From Salinivirgaceae bacterium (GTDB lineage: Bacteria; Bacteroidota; Bacteroidia; Bacteroidales; SZUA-534): 61,303 nucleotides of DNA. The stretch is taken from contig JAKSOL010000017.1 in the NCBI GenBank assembly GCA_024405635.1, forward strand, positions 1-61,303. Direction: 5' to 3'. Made by a program: the position numbers and the translations under genes. The notes below the pieces were generated by a model. It saw only the letters and a list, made by a program, of their open reading frames with translations, was not told the DNA's origin and searched no databases. Position 1 is the first letter of the stretch, and each line of letters opens with the position of its first letter. Shown here piece after piece: positions 48,978-58,916 of the stretch.

Positions 48978-50422
48978 ACTATGTTTTTATTGTGTAATAA
49001 TTCAAATATTGCTCTTGCTTTAACCAACCGCAGTAGTAACGCTAACACTCCTCCAATTAGTATAATGCTTACAAAACCCACAACCCAGCTATTTACTACC
49101 ATTGGCATTGTTGTCGCAAATATCACAATTACAACTACATACACCAAACAAGCAAGTGATTTAGTTTTGTTTATAGCGAAGTCAAAAGTATAAAAAGCTA
49201 TTATTATTTGGACTATGCTAGTTAAAGTTTGGGTTAACATACTCACCACAGCAGCTCCAAATGCTCCATAACGCGGAATAACCACCAAATTGGCCATTAC
49301 GTTGAACAGCATTCCACACAACGCCACTATGTTTAACAAACGTAAACTGCCGTTGGCTGTAAGCAACGTTCCATAAATATACGTTAGCGATACTCCAACA
49401 AAACCAACCATTAACGGAGCAAATATGGCTGCTGACTCTTGAATGTGGGCATTGTAAAGCAAATCAATTATCTGGATTCGATAAACAACACAAGCAACAG
49501 TTAGCGCCACAACTGGCACAACCATCAGTATAGTTGAAAGGCGAACCAAATCGGCCACACTTTGGCGTTGCTTTATCATTTTTGAAAACATGGGCAGCAA
49601 TAGTTGCGAAAACAAAAAACCAAACATGCAAGCGGCATCGTAAATGCGAAACGACTGTGCATAAATACCTGCCTGGCAAGCTCCATTAGGCAACAAACGT
49701 TCAATCATTACCGAGTCGATGCGGTTGTAGGTTGACATTAGCAACGTTAGTATGGCAAATGGATAGCTTTGTTTAAGAACATGCATCCATTGGCGCCGAT
49801 CGAATTTTAGTTTTACCATACCAGAGTGCCACAAAACCAAGCACAATGCCACTGCTGCGGTGAGCAAATAGGTGGCGGTTTGCGCCCACACAAACCATTC
49901 GATGCGAAAAGTTGAACTTGTAACATTGCCCCAAAGCAACACACTGCATATTGCTATGAGCAAAAAACGGTCGAGTACCGAAATAATGCTATCGGTTTTA
50001 AACAATTGTAGCCCAGCAAGGTTTGATCGCAAATAAAGTATAAACGATAATAAAAACTGGTTTAACGATAGTAACCACAACATGCTTATTTGTTGGCTTG
50101 TGTAGTTACAAAGCAAAGCCGCACCAATAGTTACCGCAACATAAAGCACTCCCAAAGCCAAGCGCAAGGTTAAAATATGCTCAAACGACGATGCTAGTTC
50201 ATGCCCGTTTTGCGAAATGTGGCGATTGTTGTAGTTGGTTATACCCAAATCGAGCAACATGTTGCAAATGAGCGAAAAGTTGAACAGCGCAAAGTAGAAC
50301 CCATAACTATCGGCACCTACAACATTTTGCACTGTACGGTCGATGCCAAACACCCAAAAAGGCTTTACTAGCAAGTTGAGTGTTACAAGTAGAATAAGGT
50401 TCAGTATAAATTTTCGGTTCAA
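48974..50422 (-). CDS. Wzx-type oligosaccharide flippase / polysaccharide biosynthesis protein
   Basis: About 12-14 TM segments; LDLGI, RIDSVM, AGIYA and IPRYGAFGAA. 4-nt overlap with the DUF2723 gene. Confidence 0.85.
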   Translation of the reverse strand: MNRKFILNLILLVTLNLLVKPFWVFGIDRTVQNVVGADSYGFYFALFNFSLICNMLLDLGITNYNNRHISQNGHELASSFEHILTLRLALGVLYVAVTIGAALLCNYTSQQISMLWLLSLNQFLLSFILYLRSNLAGLQLFKTDSIISVLDRFLLIAICSVLLWGNVTSSTFRIEWFVWAQTATYLLTAAVALCLVLWHSGMVKLKFDRRQWMHVLKQSYPFAILTLLMSTYNRIDSVMIERLLPNGACQAGIYAQSFRIYDAACMFGFLFSQLLLPMFSKMIKQRQSVADLVRLSTILMVVPVVALTVACVVYRIQIIDLLYNAHIQESAAIFAPLMVGFVGVSLTYIYGTLLTANGSLRLLNIVALCGMLFNVMANLVVIPRYGAFGAAVVSMLTQTLTSIVQIIIAFYTFDFAINKTKSLACLVYVVVIVIFATTMPMVVNSWVVGFVSIILIGGVLALLLRLVKARAIFELLHNKNIV

Positions 50423-50471
50423 GATTTTTGCTTTTTAGTGTCTAATAGATGAGTTGTTCAGCTTTGGCTTT

Positions 50472-52535
50472 TTATTCAGAGCCTGAGGTGGCAAATAGTT
50501 TTCCGCTAACGTTGTTACCATTTGAATTGGTTATGCGATAAATGTACACGCCCTCTCTGATGTTTGCCGCTTTCCATGTTACTTGCTTAGCTAGTCCGTT
50601 ATGCTCAAACACAACTTTACCAATAGCATCAAACACTACTATTTTTTCAATAGGTTCGCTAAACTCAAACTGAACACTATGGCTAAATGGGTTAGGATAA
50701 ACCTTTGCTATTGGTTGGTTGTAATAAACTGAATTGGTATCAATTGGAGGAACAACAACCGTTGTGTCGGGTGCCACAGTTGAAGTATCGGCAGGCACAG
50801 TTTGCGATGTTGTGTCGGCAGGTGCAACTGATGTAGTTGTGTCGGTTACCGAAAGATTAAACACAAAGGTTAGTTTTTTGCCATAATCGATTGTTATGCT
50901 CGATGTTGTAACACATTGCTTGTTTGGCACAAAGGTTACTTGAAAATTAGCTATTGAGTTGGCTGAAATAGTACCACTAGCAGGAGTTACAGCCATTACC
51001 ACTTTTGTAAAATCGGTTTGAACCATTGTATTGTACTCGGCATCGCTCAAACCATTGTTTGACACTTGAAGTTGAATTATTTTGGGCACGCCAACAAAAA
51101 GCGGTTGTTCAATTTCAAGCTGAGTAGCACTTAATTGCGCATTGTAGTCTTCAAGCACAACGTTAAGCCAAGTTGGTTTTCCGTTTTCAACCACCACGTG
51201 TTCGGTTTTAGGCAAATAGCCTTCAGCGCTGAAAGTAATGTCGTACTCGCCAGCATACAAGTAACGATAGTAATCGCCAACTCGGGCATCGGTTGTTACA
51301 AACGAGTTGTCGGCATCGTGGTTTTTAACGGTGATGGTTGCGGCTAAAGGTTCGCCTTGCGAGTTAACCACCACGCCACGCACACCGTTAAGCGCTTCGG
51401 CCATAAAATACAATAACGATTTGTGCTGATAATTCCACAGAATAGGCAACCGTTTGCTTGACACGGTTTTGGTATTTGATATTTCAACCGTAACCTCCCT
51501 ACAACCGCAATAATAATTTCGGTAATCTTGACAACCTCTGCTAATTGAATACCAATCGTAACCATTGGTTATTCCGTTATTGCAATCGTCAAAATAAGTT
51601 GTTTCGGTGCCGCGATATTTATGCACGGTGTCGCGGTAATTACCGCCCACATATTGCCACCAGTTATCGTCGGCTGTACGTTTTTCCCACGTGTCCCACG
51701 GATAGTTAAAAACCTCATTTCCCTCGTGCAAATGCACCGACAAACTGAAATGATGCTTTTTGTCGAATTCAATAAAAGCGGCTGTTTCTTCTTGACGTTT
51801 CGAAAGGTTTTCGTCAATGGTGTAACCTATTTCAGGATAGTTGCGGTTTAAATCGTAGCTATTGCCATTGTACCGAGTATAGCCAGAGAAAGTGTTATTT
51901 CCGCCATTGAATGTCCCATCGGGGTTGGCAAGCGGACAAATCCAAATTTCGGTACTATCGAGCAAGCGTGTTACTTCGGCATCGGTTTTATAATTGGTTA
52001 CCAAATGGTTAGCCATGCGCAATGCTAATACGTAACCCGAATTTTCGTTGCCATGAATTGAACTGCACAATAGTATTTCGGGGCGTGCGCGGTTGTTAAA
52101 TTCAACATCGGCCGAAATTTTAAGGGCCAGCAACCGGCGGCCGCTTGCAAGAGTGGCAATCTCCTCAAGCCTGCAAACCGACTTGTACGTGTCGGCCAAG
52201 TCTTGCATCATTTGTTCGTAGAGTTCGTAGGTTGGATATTTGTTCCAATCGGCCATTTGGTCGGCTGAAGTTGCCATGTCGGCTTTAGAACTTTTTGAAC
52301 AACTTTCTTCAACATACTGATATTTAATATGTTGGCAGTTAAACCAATTCATTTCGATATTGTTAGCATAAGCCCAAACGGTGTCGTTTTTAACCTTATC
52401 GATTGAAATATGGTTGCTTATGCTATCAATTTGCTGGCGGTTGGGATATCTGAACTTAAAATAATGTTGCTGCGCCGACAGAAGGGTGCACCATAAGAGC
52501 ATGGTAACCAATAGGTGAAAGCGCAACTTGCTCAT
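50472..52535 (-). CDS. M14 zinc carboxypeptidase with T9SS CTD (CPG70-like)
   Basis: IHGNE, NPDG, DLNRNYP, LHEG and TVEIS; carboxypeptidase-regulatory domain; CTD VYPNP...GVYIYRI. Confidence 0.9.
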   Translation of the reverse strand: MSKLRFHLLVTMLLWCTLLSAQQHYFKFRYPNRQQIDSISNHISIDKVKNDTVWAYANNIEMNWFNCQHIKYQYVEESCSKSSKADMATSADQMADWNKYPTYELYEQMMQDLADTYKSVCRLEEIATLASGRRLLALKISADVEFNNRARPEILLCSSIHGNENSGYVLALRMANHLVTNYKTDAEVTRLLDSTEIWICPLANPDGTFNGGNNTFSGYTRYNGNSYDLNRNYPEIGYTIDENLSKRQEETAAFIEFDKKHHFSLSVHLHEGNEVFNYPWDTWEKRTADDNWWQYVGGNYRDTVHKYRGTETTYFDDCNNGITNGYDWYSISRGCQDYRNYYCGCREVTVEISNTKTVSSKRLPILWNYQHKSLLYFMAEALNGVRGVVVNSQGEPLAATITVKNHDADNSFVTTDARVGDYYRYLYAGEYDITFSAEGYLPKTEHVVVENGKPTWLNVVLEDYNAQLSATQLEIEQPLFVGVPKIIQLQVSNNGLSDAEYNTMVQTDFTKVVMAVTPASGTISANSIANFQVTFVPNKQCVTTSSITIDYGKKLTFVFNLSVTDTTTSVAPADTTSQTVPADTSTVAPDTTVVVPPIDTNSVYYNQPIAKVYPNPFSHSVQFEFSEPIEKIVVFDAIGKVVFEHNGLAKQVTWKAANIREGVYIYRITNSNGNNVSGKLFATSGSE

Positions 52536-52560
52536 TTTAAACTAAAAGGGGAAAAAACAA

Positions 52561-53529
52561 TTAAACATATTGCTTAATCACTTCCCAATCCTCGTCTATA
52601 ATGCGGCCGCCAATGTGACCAATTACTTTGCCCGAAAGTAGTGCGCCTAACTGACCACTTTTGCGCAACGAGTATTCTTTTGTGAGTCCGTACATAAAAC
52701 CAGCAGCAAACAAATCGCCAGCGCCAGTTGTGTCAATCACATTAGCATCAATAATGCCTATGTGTTCAATCATGTCGCCCGATTTTACAAGCGAACCACG
52801 CGAGCCTATTTTTACCACTGTGGTGTTACACATTGAGGCAATTTCGTCAAGTGCATCTTCGGCCTCTTTTCCTGAAGTAAAGGCACGCGCCTCTTCCTCA
52901 TTTGCAAAAAGAATGTCAACGTATTCGGTTACCATTTGGCGCAAAAACTCAAGATTTTCTTCCACCACATTATAGCTACCCAAGTCAAGAGCGACGGTCA
53001 TATTCAGTTTTTTCGCTATGCTCATTGCTGTTTCAACAAGTTCGTGATTTTGAACTAAATAACCTTCAACATAAAGGCAATCGTATTTTTTAAACACTTG
53101 CTCGTCAAGGTCGTCGGCCGAAAGTTCAACAGCTGCACCCAAGTGAGTTGCAAAGGTGCGTTCAGAGTCGGGAGTTATGAATGTGTTTGCACGACCTGTA
53201 TCGAAAATTGAGCTTGAAAGGTATGGTGTGATGCCGTTTTCAGTAAGGTCGTTTTGGTAAAGTGCACCAAATTCGTCGCGACCAATTTTGCCAATAAAAC
53301 CGCACTCTACGCCCAATTTTGCCAAACCATTGATAGTATTAGCAGCCGAACCACCAGCCGAAATTGAACAATTAAGACTGCTCATTTTTTGCGAAATGTT
53401 AACCAACTGCTTGTGGTCAATAAGTGTCATTGAACCTTTTGGTAAATTAAGTTCTTCCAACGGACGTGTATTCAATATTTGCACAAGCACATCAACCAAT
53501 GCGTTTCCAATTCCCAATATTTTTTTCAT
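52561..53529 (-). CDS. PfkB-family (adenosine kinase-like) kinase
   Basis: GNALVD, GGSAAN, FANEEE and DTTGAGD. Confidence 0.92.
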   Translation of the reverse strand: MKKILGIGNALVDVLVQILNTRPLEELNLPKGSMTLIDHKQLVNISQKMSSLNCSISAGGSAANTINGLAKLGVECGFIGKIGRDEFGALYQNDLTENGITPYLSSSIFDTGRANTFITPDSERTFATHLGAAVELSADDLDEQVFKKYDCLYVEGYLVQNHELVETAMSIAKKLNMTVALDLGSYNVVEENLEFLRQMVTEYVDILFANEEEARAFTSGKEAEDALDEIASMCNTTVVKIGSRGSLVKSGDMIEHIGIIDANVIDTTGAGDLFAAGFMYGLTKEYSLRKSGQLGALLSGKVIGHIGGRIIDEDWEVIKQYV

Positions 53530-53586
53530 AGCAGTTGTTTGTTTAAGATTGTTTCTAATTGTCTAATATTCAATGCAATACTTATG

Positions 53587-54765
53587 TTATTTAGCAGGTA
53601 AATAAGGTTCGCGCAAGTAGCGGAAAATGTTTAGGCACATATCAAAAAGCACAATTTTAGCCGATGCGTTGCGGGCAATGTGTGCGTAGGCTTTATCAAG
53701 CTCGTTTAAAATATCATTAGCATTTTGCGGATGAATGAATCGCGCGAAATTTTTTGCAAACTCGGCTTCGTTTTCATTCAGGCGATTAAGTTCTGTAGCG
53801 CTTTGGTTTTTAATTAGGTTTTCGCGAACCATGCGCATGCAATAGGCCAAAAAAGCTTTTTGCTGCTCACGGCCAAACTCAACTGCATCGGCAGCTTTTG
53901 CCTTTTTTGACGATGTTAGAGCCTCAACCACTTCCATTTTTTTCAGCACTTGAGTGGAATAGCAAGCGCGCATAAGTTCAACAAACAATTCAAAGTAGCG
54001 TTTACCTTCAGCCGATGTTTCAATCATCTCTGCTACTTGGTTCATGTCGCCATCGCTAAGTTGCGAAACCTCAATGGCACGGTTATAGTCGATTCCCATT
54101 CGGGCTTGCAAAGCTGCAACCATATCGCCCTCGCTAATACGCGGCACTTTTACCAATTGTGTACGCGAAAGGATGGTTTTGAGCATTGTTTCAGAGTTTT
54201 CGGCCACAAGCAAAAAGAGTGTTTTTTCGTAAGGCTCTTCAAGCAATTTAAGCAGTTTGTTTGCGGTGTCGGCATTCATTTTTTCGGGATACCAAATCAC
54301 CATTATTTTGTAGTCGGTGGCCTTAAGCGATAGTTTTCTGATTATTTCGTCGCTCTCGTCAACACGAATCATTCCTTGTGCATTTGCGGCACTGGCTACG
54401 CTGCTAATCCACTGCTGCATAGTAGCATACGGATTATTAAGTATAAACTGAACCCATTCGGGCCTAAAGGCGTCGCTAATGGCTTTGTATTTGCTGCCGC
54501 TTGGTACTGGCGGAACAGGAAACACAAGGTGAAGATCGGGGAATTCAAGTTTTGACATTTGTCGGCAATGTGGGCACTCGCCGCACGAGTCGGTTTCGGT
54601 AGGATTAAGGCAATTGATGTATTGCGCATACGCAAGTGCCAATTGCAATGTTCCGTAACCCTCTTTTCCCAAAAACAGTTGCGCATGGCTTATACGATTA
54701 TCGCGCACCGAATCAATCAACCGTTTTTTTATGGCACTTTGTCCTACAATGTCAGCAAATCTCAT
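53587..54765 (-). CDS. holB: DNA polymerase III delta-prime subunit
   Basis: MRFADIVGQ, HAQLFLG, zinc site C..CGECPHC, ANKLLKLLEEP and TILSR. TAGTTTTG -7 box at 54784-54791 supports ATG 54765. Confidence 0.92.
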   Translation of the reverse strand: MRFADIVGQSAIKKRLIDSVRDNRISHAQLFLGKEGYGTLQLALAYAQYINCLNPTETDSCGECPHCRQMSKLEFPDLHLVFPVPPVPSGSKYKAISDAFRPEWVQFILNNPYATMQQWISSVASAANAQGMIRVDESDEIIRKLSLKATDYKIMVIWYPEKMNADTANKLLKLLEEPYEKTLFLLVAENSETMLKTILSRTQLVKVPRISEGDMVAALQARMGIDYNRAIEVSQLSDGDMNQVAEMIETSAEGKRYFELFVELMRACYSTQVLKKMEVVEALTSSKKAKAADAVEFGREQQKAFLAYCMRMVRENLIKNQSATELNRLNENEAEFAKNFARFIHPQNANDILNELDKAYAHIARNASAKIVLFDMCLNIFRYLREPYLPAK

Positions 54766-54896
54766 AGTGAATTGTTGTTTACGCAAAACTAAAACTTTGA
54801 GCGTTTTTTTTGAGTAAAAAGTTATAAGGCTCTACTTTTAGTTCATTATTTGTAAGTGATAGTTTAGGACAATTGGTGGCATTGTCCACAAAATGG

Positions 54897-56141
54897 TTAC
54901 AAAACAACATATCCAACCAAACGTTGGCAGTCGTCGGTGTTACCACGATAAAAAACCATTATTTGGTACTGGTTTTCGGTTTCGAAATGCGACCCCTCAA
55001 AACGCGAGAATTCCAGTTCGCCTGTATAACTGTTTTTTACGGCATACATATAGTCGTAAATGCCCTGTTTTAAAACCATTTGGCTACGATATTGATGAGC
55101 TGAAAAATCGTACTCCATTTTGTTGAACGGAGTAAGCTGCCAGCCATTAAATGCGCCAACAACATAAACATCGCCATCAAAAATAGGTTGCTCGGTGTTA
55201 AGCGCCAAGTGAGCAATAACATAATCGGCAGCACGATTATGATCGGTTGTACGATTGGCATAAACCATAAAATGGCCATTGCGGTCGTTGTTTGAAAAAT
55301 ATGGCTGATGCGCACGTGGTTTGTCAATTGGTGTTGTTACGTGGTAATAAGGCGCAAAAAACTCTACTACGTTGGTGTTCATCATCGACCGTTTTTCAAA
55401 CCGCAAATCGAGCAAGCGATACTCGTTGTTGGCCTCAATAAACAGGTCGCTTTGTTGAGCATAAACAAGCTGACTGCCGTTTATCAATTTTGGTGTTGTT
55501 AGCTCAACTGCAGTGTAAGGACAACCATTTTGCATCACCACCACGTTAATTTCTTGCATTGGATTGGTTACATCAATTTCGGCCACATCAACATTTAGCA
55601 ACAACTCGTGGTGTGTGTTGCGATAATCGGCAGCAATTGGGCGGTGCACTTCGGCATTAATATCTACCAATTGTTCAAAAGCCATAAACGTTGTTTGAGC
55701 AACAAGGCTATCGGGCATTCCGGCCTTAAAAATTTTTACCAAGTAGCAGCCCGAAAGCAGCAGTTCTACATCGTCGTTTGGCAAGTTGATGCGATAGTTT
55801 ACGTAGTCGAATGTAGTGTTTATTGAGTGCCAATAGTCTGTTACCGAATTGGTTACAAAGCCATTTATATACTCCGACGGTTGCAAATCGCTTGGTTGTC
55901 CATGATTATCGCAATGAGTAACGGTGTACTCAAGGTCAACAATGTTGTTGCCCATATAATCAAAATCGATGGCAATAGTGTTGCCGCCACCAAGCATTAA
56001 CACAGGGTACGAAAGTTCGTTGCCGCTAATGTAGGTGTGTAGTGTGCGTACTGCTGGCGAGTGCCAATTTTGGCTTGCAACTTGCGCATGCAAACCGATG
56101 CCAAACAGCATCAAAAACAATATTGCGCCTACCCTACGCAT
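54897..56141 (-). CDS. DUF5103 / T9SS plug-domain protein
   Basis: Signal peptide; YTVTHCD, SINTTFDYVNY and LKQGIYDY..EGSHFETEN.Y, typical of DUF5103. Confidence 0.8.
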   Translation of the reverse strand: MRRVGAILFLMLFGIGLHAQVASQNWHSPAVRTLHTYISGNELSYPVLMLGGGNTIAIDFDYMGNNIVDLEYTVTHCDNHGQPSDLQPSEYINGFVTNSVTDYWHSINTTFDYVNYRINLPNDDVELLLSGCYLVKIFKAGMPDSLVAQTTFMAFEQLVDINAEVHRPIAADYRNTHHELLLNVDVAEIDVTNPMQEINVVVMQNGCPYTAVELTTPKLINGSQLVYAQQSDLFIEANNEYRLLDLRFEKRSMMNTNVVEFFAPYYHVTTPIDKPRAHQPYFSNNDRNGHFMVYANRTTDHNRAADYVIAHLALNTEQPIFDGDVYVVGAFNGWQLTPFNKMEYDFSAHQYRSQMVLKQGIYDYMYAVKNSYTGELEFSRFEGSHFETENQYQIMVFYRGNTDDCQRLVGYVVL

Positions 56142-56142
56142 T

Positions 56143-57402
56143 TTAAGCTTTTTGGTTTGTCATTAATTCGGCTTTTGTTGCGTACCAAATCATGTACAAA
56201 TAGATTGGAATAACCATTGCAATGGCAGTTTTGATGCCAGCATAATCGGCAACTAACCCCATAAGAACTGTTATTACACCTCCACCAGCAATAGCTGTAA
56301 GCATCAGACTAGTGGCGCGGTTAGTTAGGTTGTCGAGACCTTTGGTGCCAAGAGCAAAAATATTGCCCCACATTTTTGATTGGCAATATCCGCTTGCAAC
56401 CAATGCAATAATAGCCACTGGGCCTTTGCATAAAATGGCCACCGCAACCAATGCTATTCCGCAAATTGAGTCAAAGGTAAGCGACTGGCGGTCGGTTATA
56501 CGGCGCATTACAAAAATGCCTGCAAATCGGCCAACAAGCATTGCTGCAAAGTAAAGTGTTACATACTTAGCAGCTTCTGAAGCATCAATTCCCCATACTT
56601 GCGAGTCGGTTGCATAACGAATCATAAAACTTGGCGCGGCTATTTCCAAACCCACATAAAAGAAAATGGCAAGCACTCCAAAGCGCAAGTGCTTGTGTTG
56701 CCATGCTTGGGCAATGGTTCCCTCGCCTTGGTTGTTGTGTGTTATTGTAGGTAGTTTAATAAGCGAAAATATTATTCCTATGGTTACAAACGCGGCTACA
56801 ATGGTTAAATAAGGCATTTGCAATGCACTTGCAATACCATTTGTTTGGGCTGTTGTGAGCGAAACACTTGCACCATCGGAAATAGCTTTTTGCTGCTCGG
56901 GCGAAATCCATTGGCTCATTGCTCCCAAAAACAACGCACTGCCAATTATTGGCGCAATCATTGAGGCCGATGAACTTGCAGTGCCAACAATGTTCATTCG
57001 TACCGATGTGCGTTCGTGAGGTCCAACCTCAACTACATACGGATTGGCTGCCACTTGCAACAATGTTATGCCAAGCGCCAACACAAAAGTTGCTACCAAA
57101 AAGAATGAATAACTTACTACTGCTGCTGCTGGATAGTATAACGCACCTCCTAACGCACATACTAGCAAACCTATAAGCACACCACGCTTGTAGCCCCAAC
57201 GCTCGGTAATGCTCGATGCTGGAATTGAACCAACTGCATAGGCACCATACCAAACCAAATTGATAAACATTGATTGGGAGTCGCTTAAACTAAATAGGCT
57301 TTTCATATACGGAATAAGTATGTTGTTCATTGCCGTTACAAAGCCAAACGAGAAGAAAAGAAACGTTAGTGCGCTCATTGCCACTATGTTGGTTTTTTTC
57401 AT
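56143..57402 (-). CDS. MFS sugar:H+ symporter, FucP/GluP family
   Basis: 12 TM segments; LLQVAANPYV, FFYVGLE and GRFAG. Confidence 0.9.
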   Translation of the reverse strand: MKKTNIVAMSALTFLFFSFGFVTAMNNILIPYMKSLFSLSDSQSMFINLVWYGAYAVGSIPASSITERWGYKRGVLIGLLVCALGGALYYPAAAVVSYSFFLVATFVLALGITLLQVAANPYVVEVGPHERTSVRMNIVGTASSSASMIAPIIGSALFLGAMSQWISPEQQKAISDGASVSLTTAQTNGIASALQMPYLTIVAAFVTIGIIFSLIKLPTITHNNQGEGTIAQAWQHKHLRFGVLAIFFYVGLEIAAPSFMIRYATDSQVWGIDASEAAKYVTLYFAAMLVGRFAGIFVMRRITDRQSLTFDSICGIALVAVAILCKGPVAIIALVASGYCQSKMWGNIFALGTKGLDNLTNRATSLMLTAIAGGGVITVLMGLVADYAGIKTAIAMVIPIYLYMIWYATKAELMTNQKA

Positions 57403-57491
57403 AATAATTGGTTGTTAATTAAATTGTTACACAATAATCACCTACATAAAGTTGGCATTTTTTTGCTTTAACATTCAGCAAATGTTGCGCT

Positions 57492-58916
57492 TTACTTTAG
57501 TTTGATGTAGGCGTTTTGTTTTAGTGATGCAGGAATAAGTTGTTGCCCAAAAACAGGTTTTGATGCCGATAGCAACCTTGGTTGTTTCGCCCCAGCAATT
57601 AACTCACCATCAGAAATTAATTTGCCACGCACTGCCACATTAACTGCTTGCACAAACATCTCGTCATCATCGGCTCCAAGATAATCGCCAGTTGGATGGT
57701 TCTCAGTTACTACAAAATCGGGAGTTAGTCCATCAACAAAATCGGTAAAGCCGTTTGCGTTTTTATATTTCAGCACAATAGGCATAATGCCCCAGTTATC
57801 GTAATCATCTTCGCCTTGCACCACAATCGAACCGGTGTATTTACCGTAGGTATTTGTTCCAATGATGGTTGTATTCATGTAAGGTTGCAAACCAATAATA
57901 GTAAGTTCGCTTGCCGATGCACTGTTGCGTGTAACCATAAAGTACACATCAGATATATTGGCGTTGTGGCCGTTATCTTCAAAACGATATTTAAAAACAT
58001 CGTCGCCATAGTGGCGTGTGTAGTATTCAGTTACAAAGCTGTTGTAGTTTAGTGTTACAAACAAATCGCCGTTAAGCAAGTTTACTTGTGGCACTATCAT
58101 CGAGGCCAAAGTTTGTGCCACGTTAATTGCGCCACCGCTGTTGTAGCGTAAGTCAACAATCAGTTTTTTAACACCTTTTGCTGCAAAGTTGTCAAAAGCA
58201 TTTTCAAGCGATGCAATGTATTTATTGTCGGAACCTGCGGTAAATTGCATAAATGCCAAGTAGCCTATTCTGGTAACTGTTCCATCATTTTCAATCACAT
58301 CGAACACACGGTTGGCCAACACAGGATTGGCATCAACAACACGAGCCTCAAGGTTCATGGTTGTGTTTGATGGCATAACTGCATCGTCAATAACCTCGCC
58401 AAGCACTATTACTTGGGTTTCGGCATTATAAAGGTCGTAGTAGTTTTCGTCGTTAATTCTTTGTCCGTTAATGGCCACAATAATGTCGCCACGTTTTAAG
58501 CCTGCCTTATCGGCTGGCGAATTTGGATAAACAAAGTTTACTGCAATAAGCACGTTGTTGCCTGTTCCATAGTAATAAAACGATGGGTCGTAACCCATTG
58601 ACACTGGCTCACCATCAAGGTCGGCCTCTAAGGCTCCAAAATCGTCGGTAATGTACGACCACTTATCTTCGGCCACCATAAGGCTCTTAAAATAGTCTTT
58701 TGGAGCAATGTAGTTGGTGTAGTATTTGGCCGCAATAGTATTGTTCCAATAATACAATTGGCTCATATTTTGCCAAATCCATTTGTTCACTTCGTTGTTG
58801 CTACGTTTTTCTGTTGCACTAATTTGATTGTCTGGATTTTCATCGTCAATACCATAATTATCAGCATCACAGGCGCTTAAACATGCTACTATTACAAACA
58901 AGAGTATTTTTTTCAT
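57492..58916 (-). CDS. S41 peptidase lipoprotein with PDZ domain
   Basis: Lipobox LSAC, PDZ (SPADKAGLKRGD), DLRYNSGG, SASASE and GTNTYGK. Confidence 0.92.
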   Translation of the reverse strand: MKKILLFVIVACLSACDADNYGIDDENPDNQISATEKRSNNEVNKWIWQNMSQLYYWNNTIAAKYYTNYIAPKDYFKSLMVAEDKWSYITDDFGALEADLDGEPVSMGYDPSFYYYGTGNNVLIAVNFVYPNSPADKAGLKRGDIIVAINGQRINDENYYDLYNAETQVIVLGEVIDDAVMPSNTTMNLEARVVDANPVLANRVFDVIENDGTVTRIGYLAFMQFTAGSDNKYIASLENAFDNFAAKGVKKLIVDLRYNSGGAINVAQTLASMIVPQVNLLNGDLFVTLNYNSFVTEYYTRHYGDDVFKYRFEDNGHNANISDVYFMVTRNSASASELTIIGLQPYMNTTIIGTNTYGKYTGSIVVQGEDDYDNWGIMPIVLKYKNANGFTDFVDGLTPDFVVTENHPTGDYLGADDDEMFVQAVNVAVRGKLISDGELIAGAKQPRLLSASKPVFGQQLIPASLKQNAYIKLK

